Assembly (NCBI GenBank): GCA_051532055.1
Contig: JAOPTX010000002.1
Span: forward strand, 1 to 56,310
Source: Fibrobacterales bacterium
Lineage (GTDB): Bacteria > Fibrobacterota > Fibrobacteria > Fibrobacterales > JAOPTW01
Direction: 5' to 3'
Length of the DNA: 56,310 nt
Shown here: positions 27,912-37,548 of the stretch, piece after piece
Layout: each line of letters starts with the position of its first letter
How positions within the stretch are numbered: position 1 is the stretch's first letter
Notes under the pieces: model-generated
The model's database searches: none
What the model saw: only the letters and a program-made list of their open reading frames with translations
Told to the model about the DNA's origin: nothing
Translations under genes and position numbers: made by a program

Positions 27912-28492
27912 GTGTGTGTTCCTGTAAGAGCATAAATTGATAGATCAACAATATCTTGCGGTAGAATATTCATAACTAAAACTAAACAGCGAGGAGTTAT
28001 ATGCTTACCATGTTGTGATGCATTCTGTGAACGAACAGAACAGATAAGAATATCCATCAGCTTATTTCATTAGTAAGGAATATTATAAATTCCCAATTTC
28101 TTGTCAATTCGGGCAAAATAACAATTGTGTATAGAGTCACCTGCTTATTCAACAAAAGCGTACTATAGAATAAAACGCTCTAAATCTCACCTATCATCTA
28201 AGTCAATTGGTAGCTAGCTTTTTCCAAATTATGTACATGAGCACTCTTTCACTTCATGCCTACACTTATGTACATAGCCCTAGAAAATAGCGGCAATCCA
28301 AAATAATTAAATTCCAAATTTTGTATATTTTATATGAATACCCTCTCAAATACCTACTATGGACTCATTACATAGATCGGCATATTCCACAATTGACAAT
28401 TAAAACCCAACTCACCGGATTATACCTCATATTTCAAAAGGACATCAATTTAATTGTTACATTAAGAGATGACTATTCTCCAGTGTGTCACT

Positions 28493-29728
28493 ATGATTGA
28501 ACACCCTATATACCCTACTGATGCTGATAATTTCATTCAAAACAGTACCCCTGAGCAACCCATTGTACAGGTGGCACTGTCATCAGCTCATGGTCGCGTA
28601 TTACGCGAAACTATTTATGCTGACCGTGACTACCCCGCATTCAACCGGGTATGTATGGATGGCATTGCAATCCATACTGATGCACTCACCAAAGGTATAA
28701 CTACTTTTAAACGATCAAGTACTCAGGGAGCAGGAGAAACCCCCCATACACGAGATACATTAGAAAGCTGTATTGAAATTATGACGGGTGCGGCCACTCC
28801 TTCTGATTGTAATGCCGTTATACGATATGAAGACCTCATTATTACAGGTTCTACAGTTACCCTTGCCCCTGGCTTATCAATTAGGGAGGGGCAGAATATT
28901 CAACCTAAAGGGTCCGACTATTTACAGGGTGCCGCTCTTATCACTCAAGGCACTATTTTAAACGGTATTCACATCGGAATTCTTGCTTCTGTGGGTGCCG
29001 AAACAGTAACAGTATCCAAAAAAGTTTCCATCACAATCATTTCAACGGGAACAGAACTCGTGCCCCTCGGCATTCAGCCTAATGAATACCAAGTCCGCTT
29101 ATCAAACAACCACACTCTTAATGCTTTTATTGACTCAGAATCTTTAGCATCTGCAACCGTTCTTCATGTACCTGACAATAAAGACACTATTACAGAAGTG
29201 ATCACAACTGCTCTCACTCAATCTGAGGTTGTCATTTTAACTGGTGGAGTTTCAAAAGGCAAATTTGACTATGTACCCAATATCTTAAAAAACCTCGGTG
29301 TCTCACAAACCTTTCATATGGTCAAACAACGCCCCGGCAAGCCCCTCTGGTTTGGAGTAGGTCCCCAAAAACAAATGGTTTTTGGTCTTCCTGGCAACCC
29401 AGTGCCGACCATTATGACCTATCATCGATATATCGCCCCAATGATTAGAAATATGAGTAGTGCCCCTATCCTATCCACCCCAATGATGGTGGAAGTTGGC
29501 AACGAAATATCCTTTAATCCAGCACTTCAATATTTTGTGCCCGTGCGACTCATCCCCAAATCAGATGGAGGTTTTACTGCACTCCCGGTTTTTGGCAATG
29601 GATCTGGGGATTTTTATGCCCTTGAAGGAAGTGATGGTTTCATTGAACTCACCTGGGAAGAGAAAGTATTTGAAGCAGGCTATCTTGCTCCATTTTATCC
29701 ATGGATCACCAGATCGGGGAGCCTATGA
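28493..29728 (+). CDS. moeA: Molybdopterin molybdotransferase
   Basis: MDGIAI, IMTGA, STGTEL, TGGVSKGKFD, RPGKP, GLPGNP. Start is 28469 or 28493. Confidence 0.92.
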   Translation: MIEHPIYPTDADNFIQNSTPEQPIVQVALSSAHGRVLRETIYADRDYPAFNRVCMDGIAIHTDALTKGITTFKRSSTQGAGETPHTRDTLESCIEIMTGAATPSDCNAVIRYEDLIITGSTVTLAPGLSIREGQNIQPKGSDYLQGAALITQGTILNGIHIGILASVGAETVTVSKKVSITIISTGTELVPLGIQPNEYQVRLSNNHTLNAFIDSESLASATVLHVPDNKDTITEVITTALTQSEVVILTGGVSKGKFDYVPNILKNLGVSQTFHMVKQRPGKPLWFGVGPQKQMVFGLPGNPVPTIMTYHRYIAPMIRNMSSAPILSTPMMVEVGNEISFNPALQYFVPVRLIPKSDGGFTALPVFGNGSGDFYALEGSDGFIELTWEEKVFEAGYLAPFYPWITRSGSL

Positions 29729-30657
29729 TTGATATTCATAACAGATCTATGCGGAAGCTGAGAGTTTCGATTACCGATGCCTGCAATTATCGTTGTTTTT
29801 ATTGCATGCCCGAAAACATAACCTTCCAACCATTCCATTCTCTTATGACGGTCGATGACTATCGGAGAGTGATACCCGAACTCATTTCTCATGGCATTGA
29901 AGAAATTAAAATTACAGGGGGCGAACCAACAATACGTAAAGATTTCCAAGAGGTCGTCTCGGTACTCACACAATATCCCAATGTAAAATACGGCCTTACG
30001 ACTAATGGGCAGACACTCCATAAACACCTCACCTTTTTAAAAGATGCGGGCGTCACCAACCTTAACATAAGTCTAGACACATTAGACCCTCAACAATTTA
30101 GTCGCATAACAAAGAATGGCGACCTCACCTTGGTGTTGAAAAACATTCTTGCTGCACGCGACATGGGGTTTACGGTTAAAATAAATTGTGTCGTATTTAA
30201 AGGCATTAACGATTCTGAAATTTTAGACTTCCATACATTCTCATCAATTGAAAAAATTGAGGTCCGTTTTTTAGAACTCATGAAAATCGGCAGTGACTAC
30301 AAAAAGAAAGAAGAGTATTTTATATCTGCACAAGAGATGATTACACAGCTAGAGCCTCAATTTCAATTAACGCGTGAAGAAGTCGAAAAGGACTCTACTT
30401 CTTTTATTTATTCAACAGATGCCGGCGCCCGCATTGGTTTTATTGCATCAGAATCACAACCATTTTGTGACTCATGTTCTCGACTCCGTCTGACTGCAAC
30501 AGGTATTCTGCGTAGCTGTTTGATGAGCGAAGAAGGAACCTCTATACGCAACCTTACAGGCGATACACTCACTCAGACTATGCAACAAGTTATTGCCAAG
30601 AAGCCAACATCCCGGATTGATCACATAGAACAAGCAATGCATACTATTGGAGGATAA
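29725..30657 (+). CDS. moaA: GTP 3',8-cyclase
   Basis: CNYRCFYC, TGGEP, FCDSCSRLR..C, C-terminal IGG. Confidence 0.95.
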   Translation: MIDIHNRSMRKLRVSITDACNYRCFYCMPENITFQPFHSLMTVDDYRRVIPELISHGIEEIKITGGEPTIRKDFQEVVSVLTQYPNVKYGLTTNGQTLHKHLTFLKDAGVTNLNISLDTLDPQQFSRITKNGDLTLVLKNILAARDMGFTVKINCVVFKGINDSEILDFHTFSSIEKIEVRFLELMKIGSDYKKKEEYFISAQEMITQLEPQFQLTREEVEKDSTSFIYSTDAGARIGFIASESQPFCDSCSRLRLTATGILRSCLMSEEGTSIRNLTGDTLTQTMQQVIAKKPTSRIDHIEQAMHTIGG

Positions 30658-31141
30658 GATAAATACAGAATTAAGCCATATTGACAGCGATAACAGCCCT
30701 TCAATGGTCAATGTATCAGAAAAGCAAATTACCAAACGAGTAGCAACTGCAGAAACAACGGTTACATTCCCCGAAGCAGCATTTCAACAACTGAAGGGAG
30801 ACGGCTTCGCATCGCCTAAAGGCCCTATTAAAGATACTGCAATTATTGCGGGTACTCAGGCCGTTAAAAGAACCAGTGACCTGATCCCATTTTGCCACCC
30901 ACTCCTTATAGAGGGCATCGTTTTTGACATTCAATTCACAGACACATTCTCGGTAATTATTACCTGTACCGTTTCTATATCAGGTAAAACAGGCGTCGAA
31001 ATGGAGGCCCTTACCGGCGCATCTGTAGCCGCCCTTACCATTTATGATATGTGTAAAGCATTAACCCATGATATTATTATTTCAAATACACGATTAATTT
31101 CTAAGTCAGGGGGTAAAAGTGACATCAACCTGCGGCATTGA
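30647..31141 (+). CDS. moaC: Cyclic pyranopterin monophosphate synthase
   Basis: LIPFCHP, TGVEMEALT, IYDMCKA, KSGGKS. Confidence 0.95.
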   Translation: MEDKINTELSHIDSDNSPSMVNVSEKQITKRVATAETTVTFPEAAFQQLKGDGFASPKGPIKDTAIIAGTQAVKRTSDLIPFCHPLLIEGIVFDIQFTDTFSVIITCTVSISGKTGVEMEALTGASVAALTIYDMCKALTHDIIISNTRLISKSGGKSDINLRH

Positions 31142-32276
31142 TAAGTCGAGCACTACCAAAAAGAAAAGGGACCTCTTTCATCCCTTCGAATTACTTTTTT
31201 GCGGCTTTTCCGGGTCCGGTAAAACCACATTAATCTCTACACTTATATCTCACTTTTCAAAAGAAAGAACTATTGGTTACGTAAAACATGATGCCCATCA
31301 CTTCGCTGTTGATCATCCTGGTAAAGATACTCACAAGGCTACATCTTCTGGTGCATCCCAGGTACTCATCCAAAACAGTGACACCTTTGCACTCATGGGC
31401 TCGACCACCTCTTTTAATCATTTTAATCAAGTACAATCCCTTATTCAAAATGATTGGGTTTTTATTGAAGGGTATAAAGAAAGTGCTACACCTAAAATTG
31501 TAGTCATTGATAGTAAACAGACTATAATAACTTCAATAGAGAATGGCTCCATAACTGATATTATCGCCATTGTCTATCCTGACTCACCAATTACCTTTGC
31601 AAATACCACACTCAATGAGATACCTCAATATTCTCGTGATGATATTGATAGTATTAAAAACATAGTCACAGACTTTATGCTCTCTCGAGTTTCTATGCAA
31701 CAGCTCAACGGCCTTGTGTTAACGGGTGGAAAAAGTAGTCGCATGCAGCAAAACAAAGGAACCCTTGATTATCATGGCGTCCCTCAACAGGAATACCTAC
31801 ACTCATTACTCTCCCCTATTTGTCACAACACCTTTCTTTCGGTAGCACACTCATCAGAAACTGTAGAGAAGCAACTACCAGAGATTGTCGATACATTTAC
31901 CGACATGGGGCCATTAGGTGGCATACTCACTGCACTGAGAGAGTATCGCACCAGTGCATTTCTTACCATTGCATGTGACCTCCCGTACTTAGATAGTGAG
32001 ACAATCGAATACCTTATAAAAAATCGCAATCCTTTTAAAGCAGCAACAACATTCATAAATCAAGAGTCAGGATTTCCCGAACCTCTTTGTACAATATATG
32101 AACCAAAGTTTTATCAAATTGCACTTCAATTTACCGGACTTGGCTACGCATGCCCCAGAAAAGTACTGATCAACTCCGCGATTGAAAGCCTCACACTCAA
32201 AAATACTGAACCACTTTTTAATGCAAATACCCCTGAAGAACGTGATACTGTATTTAAAAAACTTAACCAGAGATAA
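31119..32276 (+). CDS. mobA: MobB-MobA fusion (molybdenum cofactor guanylyltransferase)
   Basis: N-terminal GFSGSGKTT, KHDAH, IEGYK (MobB); C-terminal LTGGKSSRM, GPLGG, ACDLP, PEPL, NANTP (MobA). Confidence 0.85.
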   Translation: MTSTCGIDKSSTTKKKRDLFHPFELLFCGFSGSGKTTLISTLISHFSKERTIGYVKHDAHHFAVDHPGKDTHKATSSGASQVLIQNSDTFALMGSTTSFNHFNQVQSLIQNDWVFIEGYKESATPKIVVIDSKQTIITSIENGSITDIIAIVYPDSPITFANTTLNEIPQYSRDDIDSIKNIVTDFMLSRVSMQQLNGLVLTGGKSSRMQQNKGTLDYHGVPQQEYLHSLLSPICHNTFLSVAHSSETVEKQLPEIVDTFTDMGPLGGILTALREYRTSAFLTIACDLPYLDSETIEYLIKNRNPFKAATTFINQESGFPEPLCTIYEPKFYQIALQFTGLGYACPRKVLINSAIESLTLKNTEPLFNANTPEERDTVFKKLNQR

Positions 32277-32279
32277 CCC

Positions 32280-32522
32280 ATGACCACTGTAACCCTCAAT
32301 TACTTTGCCCTCCTAAAGAATGCAACCAACAAAACAGAAGAGACGCTCTCTGGAAATTTCGCAACTACTACCGAGCTCTTTGAACATATAAAAGAACAGT
32401 ACTCTTTTGAATATCCTCTCAATATGTTTAGAGTGGCACTTAATGATGACTTTGTTGAACATGGTACTACACTAACCACCGGAGACAAAATAGTCTTCAT
32501 TCCCCCTGTCTGTGGAGGCTAA
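32280..32522 (+). CDS. moaD: Molybdopterin synthase sulfur carrier
   Basis: YFA, VALN, IPPVCGG terminus. Confidence 0.92.
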   Translation: MTTVTLNYFALLKNATNKTEETLSGNFATTTELFEHIKEQYSFEYPLNMFRVALNDDFVEHGTTLTTGDKIVFIPPVCGG

Positions 32523-32523
32523 C

Positions 32524-32946
32524 ATGTTTCGAATTATTGACATTCCATTAAAACCGCATGAACTTCAAAAACAATGTCGTAATCCTCAAAGTGGTGCCTA
32601 CACTTCATTTGAAGGCTGGATTCGTGATCATAACGACGGTAAAGAGGTTCTCAGGCTTGAGTATGAGTCGTATAAAGAACTTGCCGAAAAAGAGGGGAAC
32701 CGCATAATAAACGAAGCAATTGAAACCTTTGGCATTCACTCAGCCTTTTGTGATCACCGTGTTGGAAAACTCGATATTGGAGGGATCGCTGTATGGGTTG
32801 GGGTCAATGCCGCTCACAGAGGTGAAGCGTTTGATGCCTGCCGGTATATAATTGATAATGTAAAAAAGAGAGTACCCATCTGGAAAAATGAGCACTATAC
32901 CGATGGCTCTACTGAATGGGTTGTTTGTACCCATCACTCTCATTAA
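32524..32946 (+). CDS. moaE: Molybdopterin synthase catalytic subunit
   Basis: LEYESY, HRVG, AHRGEAF, VPIWK; GGAGG before ATG at 32524. Confidence 0.93.
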   Translation: MFRIIDIPLKPHELQKQCRNPQSGAYTSFEGWIRDHNDGKEVLRLEYESYKELAEKEGNRIINEAIETFGIHSAFCDHRVGKLDIGGIAVWVGVNAAHRGEAFDACRYIIDNVKKRVPIWKNEHYTDGSTEWVVCTHHSH

Positions 32947-32953
32947 TTTTCAT

Positions 32954-33280
32954 TTATATGTTTAAGTAAATAACCCCTGACTCCTCTTTAACATCAAAGG
33001 TCTCTACATCTGCAATAGCACCTTCTCCGGTGTATTTTCCTGTTTTAAGATCAAAGGTTGCTTTGTGAAGTGGGCACGCTACTTTTGGTTCACCTGCACT
33101 ATCTCCGGTAATTCCTCTCGACAACACCGAGGAATTATCATGAGGGCAGGTATTTTGAATAGCATACCATTCCGTTTTATTTCTCGTATTAAAAATTGCG
33201 ATATGCTTTCCATCCATTTTTACGCATTCACCACCATCTATAGTAAAGTCTATTGCAAGAGCAATTTTAGTCCACGCCAT
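32954..33280 (-). CDS. nirD: Nitrite reductase small (Rieske) subunit
   Basis: CPH..VLSRG..VACPLH. Confidence 0.9.
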   Translation of the reverse strand: MAWTKIALAIDFTIDGGECVKMDGKHIAIFNTRNKTEWYAIQNTCPHDNSSVLSRGITGDSAGEPKVACPLHKATFDLKTGKYTGEGAIADVETFDVKEESGVIYLNI

Positions 33281-33344
33281 CGTCTATCCTTATAAAATTA
33301 AAACTACCGCTGGATACCCAGCTACTTTTCCTGTCATTGGTATA

Positions 33345-33360
33345 TGCAATATTCAAGCCA
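33345..33360 (-). promoter_or_regulatory. Sigma54 -24/-12 promoter for nirD
   Basis: TGGCTTGAATATTGCA (GG-N10-GC). Confidence 0.65.
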
Positions 33361-33530
33361 AGCTCCTTTTAAGTTGTTTTTAACCCAATTGGGAGAATGT
33401 AAACACGTAATTGTTCCCCTTTTGTGTTGATCCACATTTTTGTTCAAGACAATTATGTAGAAACATTGCCTCATTAATGTTTATATACCTTATATGACAA
33501 TATGACGTCATTTACAGCTTTGTAAACTAT

Positions 33531-33546
33531 TGGCACACATTATGCA
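33531..33546 (+). promoter_or_regulatory. Sigma54 -24/-12 promoter for the nitrate reductase operon
   Basis: TGGCACACATTATGCA (GG-N10-GC). Confidence 0.7.
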
Positions 33547-33619
33547 ATAAGAATGATTAGGAAAACGAATACATATTCAGAAATATATTCTTGATTAACT
33601 CATACAATGGCTGGAACCA

Positions 33620-35269
33620 ATGAGTAACAATACACTCGATTTAATTAATGAAGTTTTAGAAGAACAATCAACTCTTACAGCAGTAGAGCGTTTTTCTCAA
33701 AAACACGCTACATCAACAACCCCATCACTGAGCGGACTCTATCAAGAGCTTCTGCCTATTGAAAAGCCTAAAGCAGGCCAACAATACGCATTCAAAGTTA
33801 ATCTTGATAATTGTTCTGGCTGTAAATCATGTGTTGCAGCATGCCACTCTTTGAATGGTCTTCATGAAGAGGAGTCATTTAGAGTTGCCGGCACCATACA
33901 AGGGGGCAATCCTGTTGAACCGTATCTTCAAACAGTAACCTCAGCATGTCACCACTGTGTTGAACCTGCGTGTCTTAAGGGCTGCCCTACACAAGCCTAT
34001 GAAAAAGACCCTATTACCGGAATTGTAAAGCACCTTGATGACCAATGTATTGGGTGCCAATACTGTACCCTCATGTGCCCCTATGATGTACCAAAGTTTA
34101 ATGTAAAACTTGGCATTGTAAGAAAATGTGATATGTGTACACAACGACTTACAGACGGTGAAGCTCCTGCGTGTGCCCAATCGTGCCCAACACAGGCTAT
34201 CACAATAACTGTTGTAGATACCGAAGAAGTTGTAGCACTTGGAAAAAAAGGAAGTTTCCTCTCTGGCGCCCCTACTCCAGAAATCACTAAACCTACAACA
34301 CAGTATATTACTAATAAACCGGTACCAAAAAATAGTATTGCAGGTGACTACTATGACGTTCAATTGCAACATGCTCATTTTTCACTTATATTTCTACTCG
34401 TATTTTCACAACTATCTGTTGGAATGCTGGGAAGCTACCTCCTAAGCAGTGATAGTGCACAAGGCACCAATTCAATAGATATCATTGTACTTCTGAGCAC
34501 CTTCGGAATGGGGATACTTGCCATGGCTCTCAGCATGTTTCATTTGGGTCGTCCGACCCAAGCATGGAGGGCGATTCTTGGCCTCAAAACATCGTGGATG
34601 AGTCGAGAAGTTTTTATGTTAGGCAACTACATGGGGGCTCTTGCTACAGGAATTGCTATTAAAGTAATAGACTATTTCGGCATAGATATCCCTTGGTACA
34701 ACATAATCCAACCAACAGTGTCAGCTCTACCAATCCTCGGAATAGCATTTCTCTTCGGTCTTGGTGCGGTGCTCAGTTCTGCTATGATATATGTTGCAAC
34801 AAAACGGCCCTTCTGGAGAGCCGACCAAACTCTGCCAAAATTTTTCTTAACCACTCTTACCCTTGGCCCCATTGGATGCTCACTTGCATATATACTCACC
34901 GGTTCAGCGCCAACAATACTCCCCTCAATACTTCTTATTACGATTATTACTGGAACCCTCAAGCTTGCATGGGAATTTTCAGTACTCTTGAGTCTTAAGG
35001 AAGAAAAACTCACGCCAATGAAACGTGCCGCAATACTCCTTGCAGGTAAACTAAAATTTGTTGGTATTACTCGCATGACCTTTGGTGCTGCAGGCCTCAT
35101 TCTCTTTCCTTTTTTATCAATCCAAATACTCACATCCGGAAACGACCTGAACGGTGCCCTCTTTTTTCTCGTCCTTGCTGCACTCTCCGGAACAGTCGGT
35201 GAAATAATTGAGCGATTTGCCTTCTTTGCCGCAGTTGATAAACCACGTATGCCTCGGGAGATGATCTAA
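33620..35269 (+). CDS. Fused 4x[4Fe-4S] (DmsB/NrfC-like) and DmsC-type membrane anchor subunit
   Basis: CSGCKSC, CHHCVEPAC..CP, CIGCQYC..CP, KCDMC..PAC..CP, then multiple TM helices with HLGRP..SWMSRE and GEIIERFAFF. Confidence 0.85.
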   Translation: MSNNTLDLINEVLEEQSTLTAVERFSQKHATSTTPSLSGLYQELLPIEKPKAGQQYAFKVNLDNCSGCKSCVAACHSLNGLHEEESFRVAGTIQGGNPVEPYLQTVTSACHHCVEPACLKGCPTQAYEKDPITGIVKHLDDQCIGCQYCTLMCPYDVPKFNVKLGIVRKCDMCTQRLTDGEAPACAQSCPTQAITITVVDTEEVVALGKKGSFLSGAPTPEITKPTTQYITNKPVPKNSIAGDYYDVQLQHAHFSLIFLLVFSQLSVGMLGSYLLSSDSAQGTNSIDIIVLLSTFGMGILAMALSMFHLGRPTQAWRAILGLKTSWMSREVFMLGNYMGALATGIAIKVIDYFGIDIPWYNIIQPTVSALPILGIAFLFGLGAVLSSAMIYVATKRPFWRADQTLPKFFLTTLTLGPIGCSLAYILTGSAPTILPSILLITIITGTLKLAWEFSVLLSLKEEKLTPMKRAAILLAGKLKFVGITRMTFGAAGLILFPFLSIQILTSGNDLNGALFFLVLAALSGTVGEIIERFAFFAAVDKPRMPREMI

Positions 35270-37488
35270 TGAAATTTCCACTACCTGCTCCACTCGAAAA
35301 GATTCTCTTTAGAAAACAAGGCCCGCTAACCGATCAGCTTGAGCTGACCTCACCTGGTCTAGGACTTTCTAAGACAAACAAACACAAAGCACCCACAGCA
35401 ACAACCTCACTCATTTGTGGTTACTGCTCTACAGGGTGTTCACTCAATGCCCACCTCAAAGATGGTGAACTTATCAATATCACTCCTGACCCTGACTACC
35501 CGGTTAATGGTGGCGTTGCCTGCCCAAAAGGCTGGGAAGCCATGAAGGCCCTCCAAGCAGATGATAGAGCGACAACACCATACCTTAGGGACAATAGAGG
35601 CAAATTAAAAGAAACCACATGGGAGACCGCCATTCCCTTATTTGTTTCAAATGTAAAACGAATTCAAAAAACCTATGGTAATGACTCTGTAGCATTTTTA
35701 AGTACCGGACAAATCCCCACAGAAGAGATGTTTTTCCTCGGGGCGCTCGCTAAATTTGGCATGAATATTATTCACGGTGACGGTAATACTCGACTCTGTA
35801 TGGCCACAGCGGTTGTTTCATACAAACAGTCTTTTGGATTTGACGCTCCACCCTACAGTTATGAAGACCTTGAAGAGTCAGATACTATTTTTCTTGTGGG
35901 TTCAAACATGTGTGTCGCTCACCCGATATTATGGAATCGGATAAAAAAGAATAAACACAATCCAAAAATTATCTGTATCGACCCCCGTAAAACTGAAACG
36001 GCAATGATGTCGACACACTACTACTCACTTGCCCCAAAGGGCGACCTCTACCTCTTTTACAGTATCGCATCGGTTATCATATCAAATAACTGGGTAGACC
36101 TTGAGTATGTCGAAGCAAATGTAAATGGCTACAATGAATTCAAAGAATTTTTAACCGAATATTCACCAGAAAACGTTGCTGAGCATACTGGGCTCTCTTC
36201 ACAAGACATATATGATATGGCTGAAATGATTCACTCAGGGAAACGAGTATCTTTCTGGTGGACCATGGGCGTCAACCAAAGCCATGAGGGAGTTCGAGTC
36301 GCTCAAGCTCTCATAAACCTAGCTCTTATCACGGGGAATATTGGGAAGCCAGGTACCGGAGCCAACTCAATCACCGGTCAGTGTAATGCAATGGGCTCAC
36401 GCCTCTACAGTAACACCACAAATTTATTGGGTGGGTATGATTTCCTTAAAGAAAAAGACCGTACTCATGTTGCTGACATTTTAGGTATTGATCAAAAACG
36501 AATCCCACAAGAAAACAGCTTAGCATACGATCAAATCATTGAGGGAATACTTCAAGACAAAATCAAGGGACTCTGGCTTGTTGCAACAAATACCGCACAT
36601 ACCTTCATTAATAGCACAGAATTCAAACTCGTCCGAGACAAGCTTGATTTTCTAGTAGTTCAAGATATGTACCACACCACCGAAAGCGCGGAATTCGCCG
36701 ATCTCATACTCCCTGCTGCAGGGTGGGGTGAAAAAGATGGTACATTTATAAATTCTGAACGACGTATTGGAATTCAAAAGAGGGTTTCAAAAGCCCCCGG
36801 TACTGCACTTTCTGACTTTAATATTTTTAGACTCATCGCTCAAGAGTACTGTGGTGACGATATTTTTTCAAAATGGACTCATCCAGAAAAAGTATTCTCT
36901 ATAATGCAAGCCCTCTCTAAAGGACAGCCCTGTGATTTTAGTGGAATCAAAGGATACAACCACATTGACGAAGCACATGGAATTCAATGGCCGCACACTG
37001 ATAATAAAAAGTCCGTTATTCCACAAGTACGCCTCTTTGAGGACGGTAAATTTTACCACGCAGATCAAAAAGCAAAATTACTTTTTGAAGCGCCTCGACC
37101 AGTCTATGAACCGACTGATAACAATTACCCCTTCACTCTATTAACAGGACGTGGTGCGTCATCACAATTTCATTCACAAACACGCACTAATAAATCAGGT
37201 ATTTTAAGAATGCTCCATTCAAAAGAAATCTATGTTGAAGTTAACCCAGAAGATGGAAAAAAACTCGGCATTCTACCCAATGACTGGATAGTTGTAGAAT
37301 CAAGGCGAGGAATGTTAAAGGCCCGTGTAGACTATAAGCACACGGTAAAAAAGGGGCAGGTATTTATCCCCATGCATTATAAAGAGACCAACCGTCTTAC
37401 CTTCCCCTCTTTTGATAAATATTCTAGGCAACCCTCTTATAAACATTGTGCGGTTAACTTACGAAAAGTTTTAAATCAGGACGACTAA
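35269..37488 (+). CDS. nasA: Nas/NarB-type nitrate reductase catalytic subunit
   Basis: CGYCSTGC..CPKG, NTRLCMA, MGVNQ, SITGQCNAMG, GTFINSERR; no Tat motif. Confidence 0.85.
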   Translation: MKFPLPAPLEKILFRKQGPLTDQLELTSPGLGLSKTNKHKAPTATTSLICGYCSTGCSLNAHLKDGELINITPDPDYPVNGGVACPKGWEAMKALQADDRATTPYLRDNRGKLKETTWETAIPLFVSNVKRIQKTYGNDSVAFLSTGQIPTEEMFFLGALAKFGMNIIHGDGNTRLCMATAVVSYKQSFGFDAPPYSYEDLEESDTIFLVGSNMCVAHPILWNRIKKNKHNPKIICIDPRKTETAMMSTHYYSLAPKGDLYLFYSIASVIISNNWVDLEYVEANVNGYNEFKEFLTEYSPENVAEHTGLSSQDIYDMAEMIHSGKRVSFWWTMGVNQSHEGVRVAQALINLALITGNIGKPGTGANSITGQCNAMGSRLYSNTTNLLGGYDFLKEKDRTHVADILGIDQKRIPQENSLAYDQIIEGILQDKIKGLWLVATNTAHTFINSTEFKLVRDKLDFLVVQDMYHTTESAEFADLILPAAGWGEKDGTFINSERRIGIQKRVSKAPGTALSDFNIFRLIAQEYCGDDIFSKWTHPEKVFSIMQALSKGQPCDFSGIKGYNHIDEAHGIQWPHTDNKKSVIPQVRLFEDGKFYHADQKAKLLFEAPRPVYEPTDNNYPFTLLTGRGASSQFHSQTRTNKSGILRMLHSKEIYVEVNPEDGKKLGILPNDWIVVESRRGMLKARVDYKHTVKKGQVFIPMHYKETNRLTFPSFDKYSRQPSYKHCAVNLRKVLNQDD

Positions 37489-37548
37489 TAGCTCACACTA
37501 TCATGGCTGGTTACGGTGGCTATTAGAACTGAACAAAGGAAAAGTACT

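Noticed and set aside
28300..28492. Moco riboswitch or ModE box upstream of moeA
   Set aside because: No recognisable consensus or stem pattern.
33550..37515. ANTAR/NasR hairpins, and shared ATGGCTGG before 33620 and nirB
   Set aside because: The loops lack the ANTAR pattern, and an 8-bp match in two places could be chance.
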